Below are positions 61,594 through 64,000 of a DNA stretch of 64,000 nucleotides, in pieces. This DNA is from Myxococcales bacterium (lineage in GTDB: Bacteria > Myxococcota_A > Polyangia > Polyangiales > Polyangiaceae), in the NCBI GenBank assembly GCA_023248735.1, contig JAHFDY010000003.1, positions 915 to 64,914 on the forward strand. Direction: 5' to 3'. Below the pieces are notes generated by a model. It saw nothing but the letters and a program-made list of their open reading frames with translations. It searched no databases and was not told the DNA's origin. Numbering within the stretch: position 1 is the stretch's first letter; the number at the start of each line of letters is the position of its first letter. The position numbers and the translations under genes were made by a program.

Positions 61594-64000
61594 ATGGCAC
61601 TACGTCTGAGTGGCGCGGGCATTGGTCTGGCGGTCGGCATCGCGAGCGTGAGCGCTCACGCTTGGAAACCATCCACGCACGTCTACCTCGCGCAACAGGC
61701 GGTCGAGGATCTTCTTGAAGACGGCAAGGTCACGATCGACGAGCTCGATCCGAAGGCGACCGATCCGGACAAGCGCATCAAGGGCCCGATCGGCACGTTC
61801 ACGGCGTCGCCTGCGATCGTCAAAGCGATCCGCGAGTACCCTGGTGCGTACTACACAGGCGTGGTTGGTCCCGACGGACTCCCCGACATCGGCACAGGCC
61901 AGTGCGTCATCCATCCGCCCGCCGGTAGCGATCCGCTCACCAACATTGGCGGCCCAGGCACCGACTACTGGTGGCAGCGAAGTTGGAACGGTCTCCACGA
62001 AGCAAAGTACAACACCGATGAGAATCGCGCGTTCGTGCTCGGCATGTACGGACACGGCGGCGGCGACACCTTCGCGCACACATTCGTCAATGCGCACACC
62101 GGAGGCATCTGGGATCTCACAGGCAACGGCGGCGAGAACGCCATTCGCCACATCATCCTCGAGGGGTACCTCGGAGAACGAACGCCTGAACTCGCTCACC
62201 ATCGCTTTCTGCCCCACGAAGGTAAGACGCTTTACCAACTCGTTCACGACCAAGGCATGACGGATGGGATCGCGAAGTTCAATCGGATGATCCTCGATTC
62301 GTATCAGCTGCGCGACCACGCGGGCGCACAGAAGGCCAAGTCGATCCCTTGGCATTTCGGTCGTTTGAAAGAACGACTCAAGACCACGAGAGATCGTTAC
62401 AAACTTCAGCGCAACAAAATCAAAGACCGCTACGAGACCGCCAAAGCGACGCTTACAAAGGCAAAGAAGCAAAGGAAGAAAGCGCTGCATTCTGGCAAGG
62501 GAATCATCCAAGCCGAAGCCGCCGTCATCGCTGCGCAAGGAGCGAAAACGGGCCTCGAAGTCGAGCTCAAACTTCACGACGCGCTCTCCCGAGTTGTCGT
62601 GCCGTTCTACGAGGAGTGGATCTCGAACATCGATGAAGGCCTTTTGGCCTGGCCAAAAACAAGCCACGCGGTCTTGCAGCCGCTCATGCTCAAGAACGAG
62701 AACGACCCACGGTACAAAGCGTGCCCGCCCAGCACCGTCGACATGGTGTGCGAACAAGGCGGCCCCGAAAAGTGGAGGGCTTCGACGACGAATTTGTGCA
62801 AGTCACCCCTGAGCGTTGCATCTGAGGCGCTCCACGATTTTTGGTGGGCCTACGGGATCCGCATGATTGGCGCGCCGGACAAAGCTTCGGAAGTCATCAT
62901 GAGCGTGCGCGATCTCGTGAAGGACTTTAAGCAAGTCCTCGAGAAGCACCTTGCTGAGGCGATCGCTCCATTCTTGGAATTCGCAGTCGACATTAAGGTG
63001 AAGACCGCGTCGTTCGCGAACGTGATGATTAAGAAGTCTTTTGGTCTCGACATGTGCAAGTGGGCCGACCGCTGGACCCACTCGTCGGGATACATCGACG
63101 ATCTGTTCGCCGCGAAGCACAACGCGGGCACCGGCACCGCGTTCCAAGAGCTCGCCAACAGCAAGCGAAGCGAAAAGGGCATCGCAACTTCGGTCGAAGG
63201 GCTCAATCAGATGATGGGTCTCAAGACGAAAAAGGCAACGGGGGAAGAGCACTTTAAGTGGCGCGATTTTGCGCCGGCATTCAACACCGTGCAGCTCATC
63301 AAGATGACGTTCTTGCCACCGAATGAAATCGAGAGACTTCTCGGGCTGCTCGGTTCGAAGGAACATCTGAACGCGAATCCGTCCCGCGATATCAAGGAAA
63401 TCAAGGGCGACCTCAACGTCATGCACGGATGGCATGGAGGCCTCGATGGCGGCAATCAATGGGCGCACAACTGGATACCTACAAAGTCGACGCTCACTCC
63501 CATGGTCTTTGCACGTGAGTGTTCGGTGTTCCGGCGCTTGTTCATGCACCAGTCGCAACCGCACACCGACAAGCCCTACGAGCCGAACGACCCGTGCGAG
63601 ACGAGCGACACCGCCGTGTACTCAGGCGCGAGACCCAAGTCGAGCCAAGGATTCAGCATCAGCTCAAGGCACGCCGAGATGGAAGCCGGGGCCTCTCGAC
63701 ACTTCGACCTCACGGGCGACTTCAAGTCTTTCACAGTGACCGCTACGAGCGAGCCAGGGTCTCCGACCGGGACGGTGACCGCAAAAGATGCAAAGGGCTT
63801 CACGTTCACAGCCCCCTCGTGGAAGGAAGGTATGCACCCTATCTCCGTCACCGCACAGGACGACTCTGACGAACGTACCTTCGTGCTCATTCGCATCATT
63901 CCGGCCATCGCAATCGAGCCGGCGATCGATGCGGTCACGATCGGCGACAAGGTCACATTCGATGTCACGACCGATCGAAATGACACTTGGCGTGTTACCA
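61594..64000 (+). CDS. large secreted protein with an N-terminal zinc-dependent phospholipase C / nuclease P1-like domain; 3' end outside the window (NOT in the supplied ORF track)
   Basis: Frame +1 is open for 802 codons from ATG 61594, which has GGGGGA 5 nt upstream, to base 64000. The signal is MALRLSGAGIGLAVGIASVSAHA, followed by WKPSTHVYLAQQA. GPDGLPD, HGGGDTFAH and RHIILEGY are zinc-ligand-type motifs in canonical order. Third positions are strongly G/C in this frame. Confidence 0.75.
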   Translation, partial: MALRLSGAGIGLAVGIASVSAHAWKPSTHVYLAQQAVEDLLEDGKVTIDELDPKATDPDKRIKGPIGTFTASPAIVKAIREYPGAYYTGVVGPDGLPDIGTGQCVIHPPAGSDPLTNIGGPGTDYWWQRSWNGLHEAKYNTDENRAFVLGMYGHGGGDTFAHTFVNAHTGGIWDLTGNGGENAIRHIILEGYLGERTPELAHHRFLPHEGKTLYQLVHDQGMTDGIAKFNRMILDSYQLRDHAGAQKAKSIPWHFGRLKERLKTTRDRYKLQRNKIKDRYETAKATLTKAKKQRKKALHSGKGIIQAEAAVIAAQGAKTGLEVELKLHDALSRVVVPFYEEWISNIDEGLLAWPKTSHAVLQPLMLKNENDPRYKACPPSTVDMVCEQGGPEKWRASTTNLCKSPLSVASEALHDFWWAYGIRMIGAPDKASEVIMSVRDLVKDFKQVLEKHLAEAIAPFLEFAVDIKVKTASFANVMIKKSFGLDMCKWADRWTHSSGYIDDLFAAKHNAGTGTAFQELANSKRSEKGIATSVEGLNQMMGLKTKKATGEEHFKWRDFAPAFNTVQLIKMTFLPPNEIERLLGLLGSKEHLNANPSRDIKEIKGDLNVMHGWHGGLDGGNQWAHNWIPTKSTLTPMVFARECSVFRRLFMHQSQPHTDKPYEPNDPCETSDTAVYSGARPKSSQGFSISSRHAEMEAGASRHFDLTGDFKSFTVTATSEPGSPTGTVTAKDAKGFTFTAPSWKEGMHPISVTAQDDSDERTFVLIRIIPAIAIEPAIDAVTIGDKVTFDVTTDRNDTWRVT

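Noticed and set aside
61600-62757. Track ORFs 61600..62757 (385 aa), 62803..63564 (253 aa) and 63576..63986 (136 aa) on the minus strand
   Set aside because: All three are antisense to the uninterrupted +1 frame that carries a signal peptide, zinc-PLC motifs and strong G/C third-position bias. Their translations are Arg/Val/Asp-rich with no motifs. They are shadow ORFs of the unlisted gene.
1-64000. Searched the translations for canonical mobile-element or defence hallmarks: integrase, transposase, Cas, restriction-modification enzymes, toxin-antitoxin pairs, reverse transcriptase, STAND/AAA+ NTPases, and CBASS- or retron-like genes
   Set aside because: I recognised none. The only nuclease- or lipase-like candidate is the PLC-like ORF at the right edge, and the methyltransferase at 37241 has no partner endonuclease. 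Any claim of a defence system here would be unsupported.

Overview
This 64-kb window comes from a bacterial chromosome of roughly 60% G+C (estimated by eye). The gene content suggests Myxococcota or a related deltaproteobacterial lineage, but that is inference only. It includes PilB and PilT, an FHA protein with a Ser/Thr kinase and a PP2C phosphatase, an AGPS-like ether-lipid flavoenzyme, a HAD-IG nucleotidase, and lipoproteins with choice-of-anchor-L-like and DGCE/NCDGSDG Cys motifs.

About 58 protein-coding genes can be supported, and most are housekeeping:
- cca, truD, an ExbB/ExbD/TonB-like set and a family-4 UDG
- pilT and pilB, a MoeB-like E1, dtd, pdxA and tldD
- fabZ, a Skp-like chaperone, a CDF transporter, hrcA and frr
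- the hemE-hemH-hemY operon

I found no rRNA, tRNA, CRISPR array, integrase, transposase or recognisable canonical defence system.

Two regions look accessory and are the best candidates for something undescribed:
1. 4.7-13.3 kb is a block of six secreted proteins. Three are collinear ~530-aa glycine-rich lipoprotein paralogs. The other three are Cys-rich or carry a CXXCH motif.
2. 60.25-64.0 kb contains a leaderless helical protein, a small secreted protein, and a secreted ORF of more than 800 codons with a zinc phospholipase C-like N-terminal domain. That ORF is absent from the supplied ORF track because it runs off the right edge. The track shows only antisense shadow ORFs there.

Smaller oddities:
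- a perfect (GGATCA)14 microsatellite encoding (Gly-Ser)14 inside the UDG gene
- a 21-Cys CxxC-run protein coupled to dtd
- a decayed, frameshifted beta-propeller lipoprotein gene
- an E1 enzyme with its rhodanese domain at the N-terminus
- a pseudo-receiver OmpR-type regulator
- pilB and pilT separated by three unrelated envelope genes

All product calls rest on motifs I recognise by eye in the translations. No database search was run. Gene starts are my best choices and several are uncertain.
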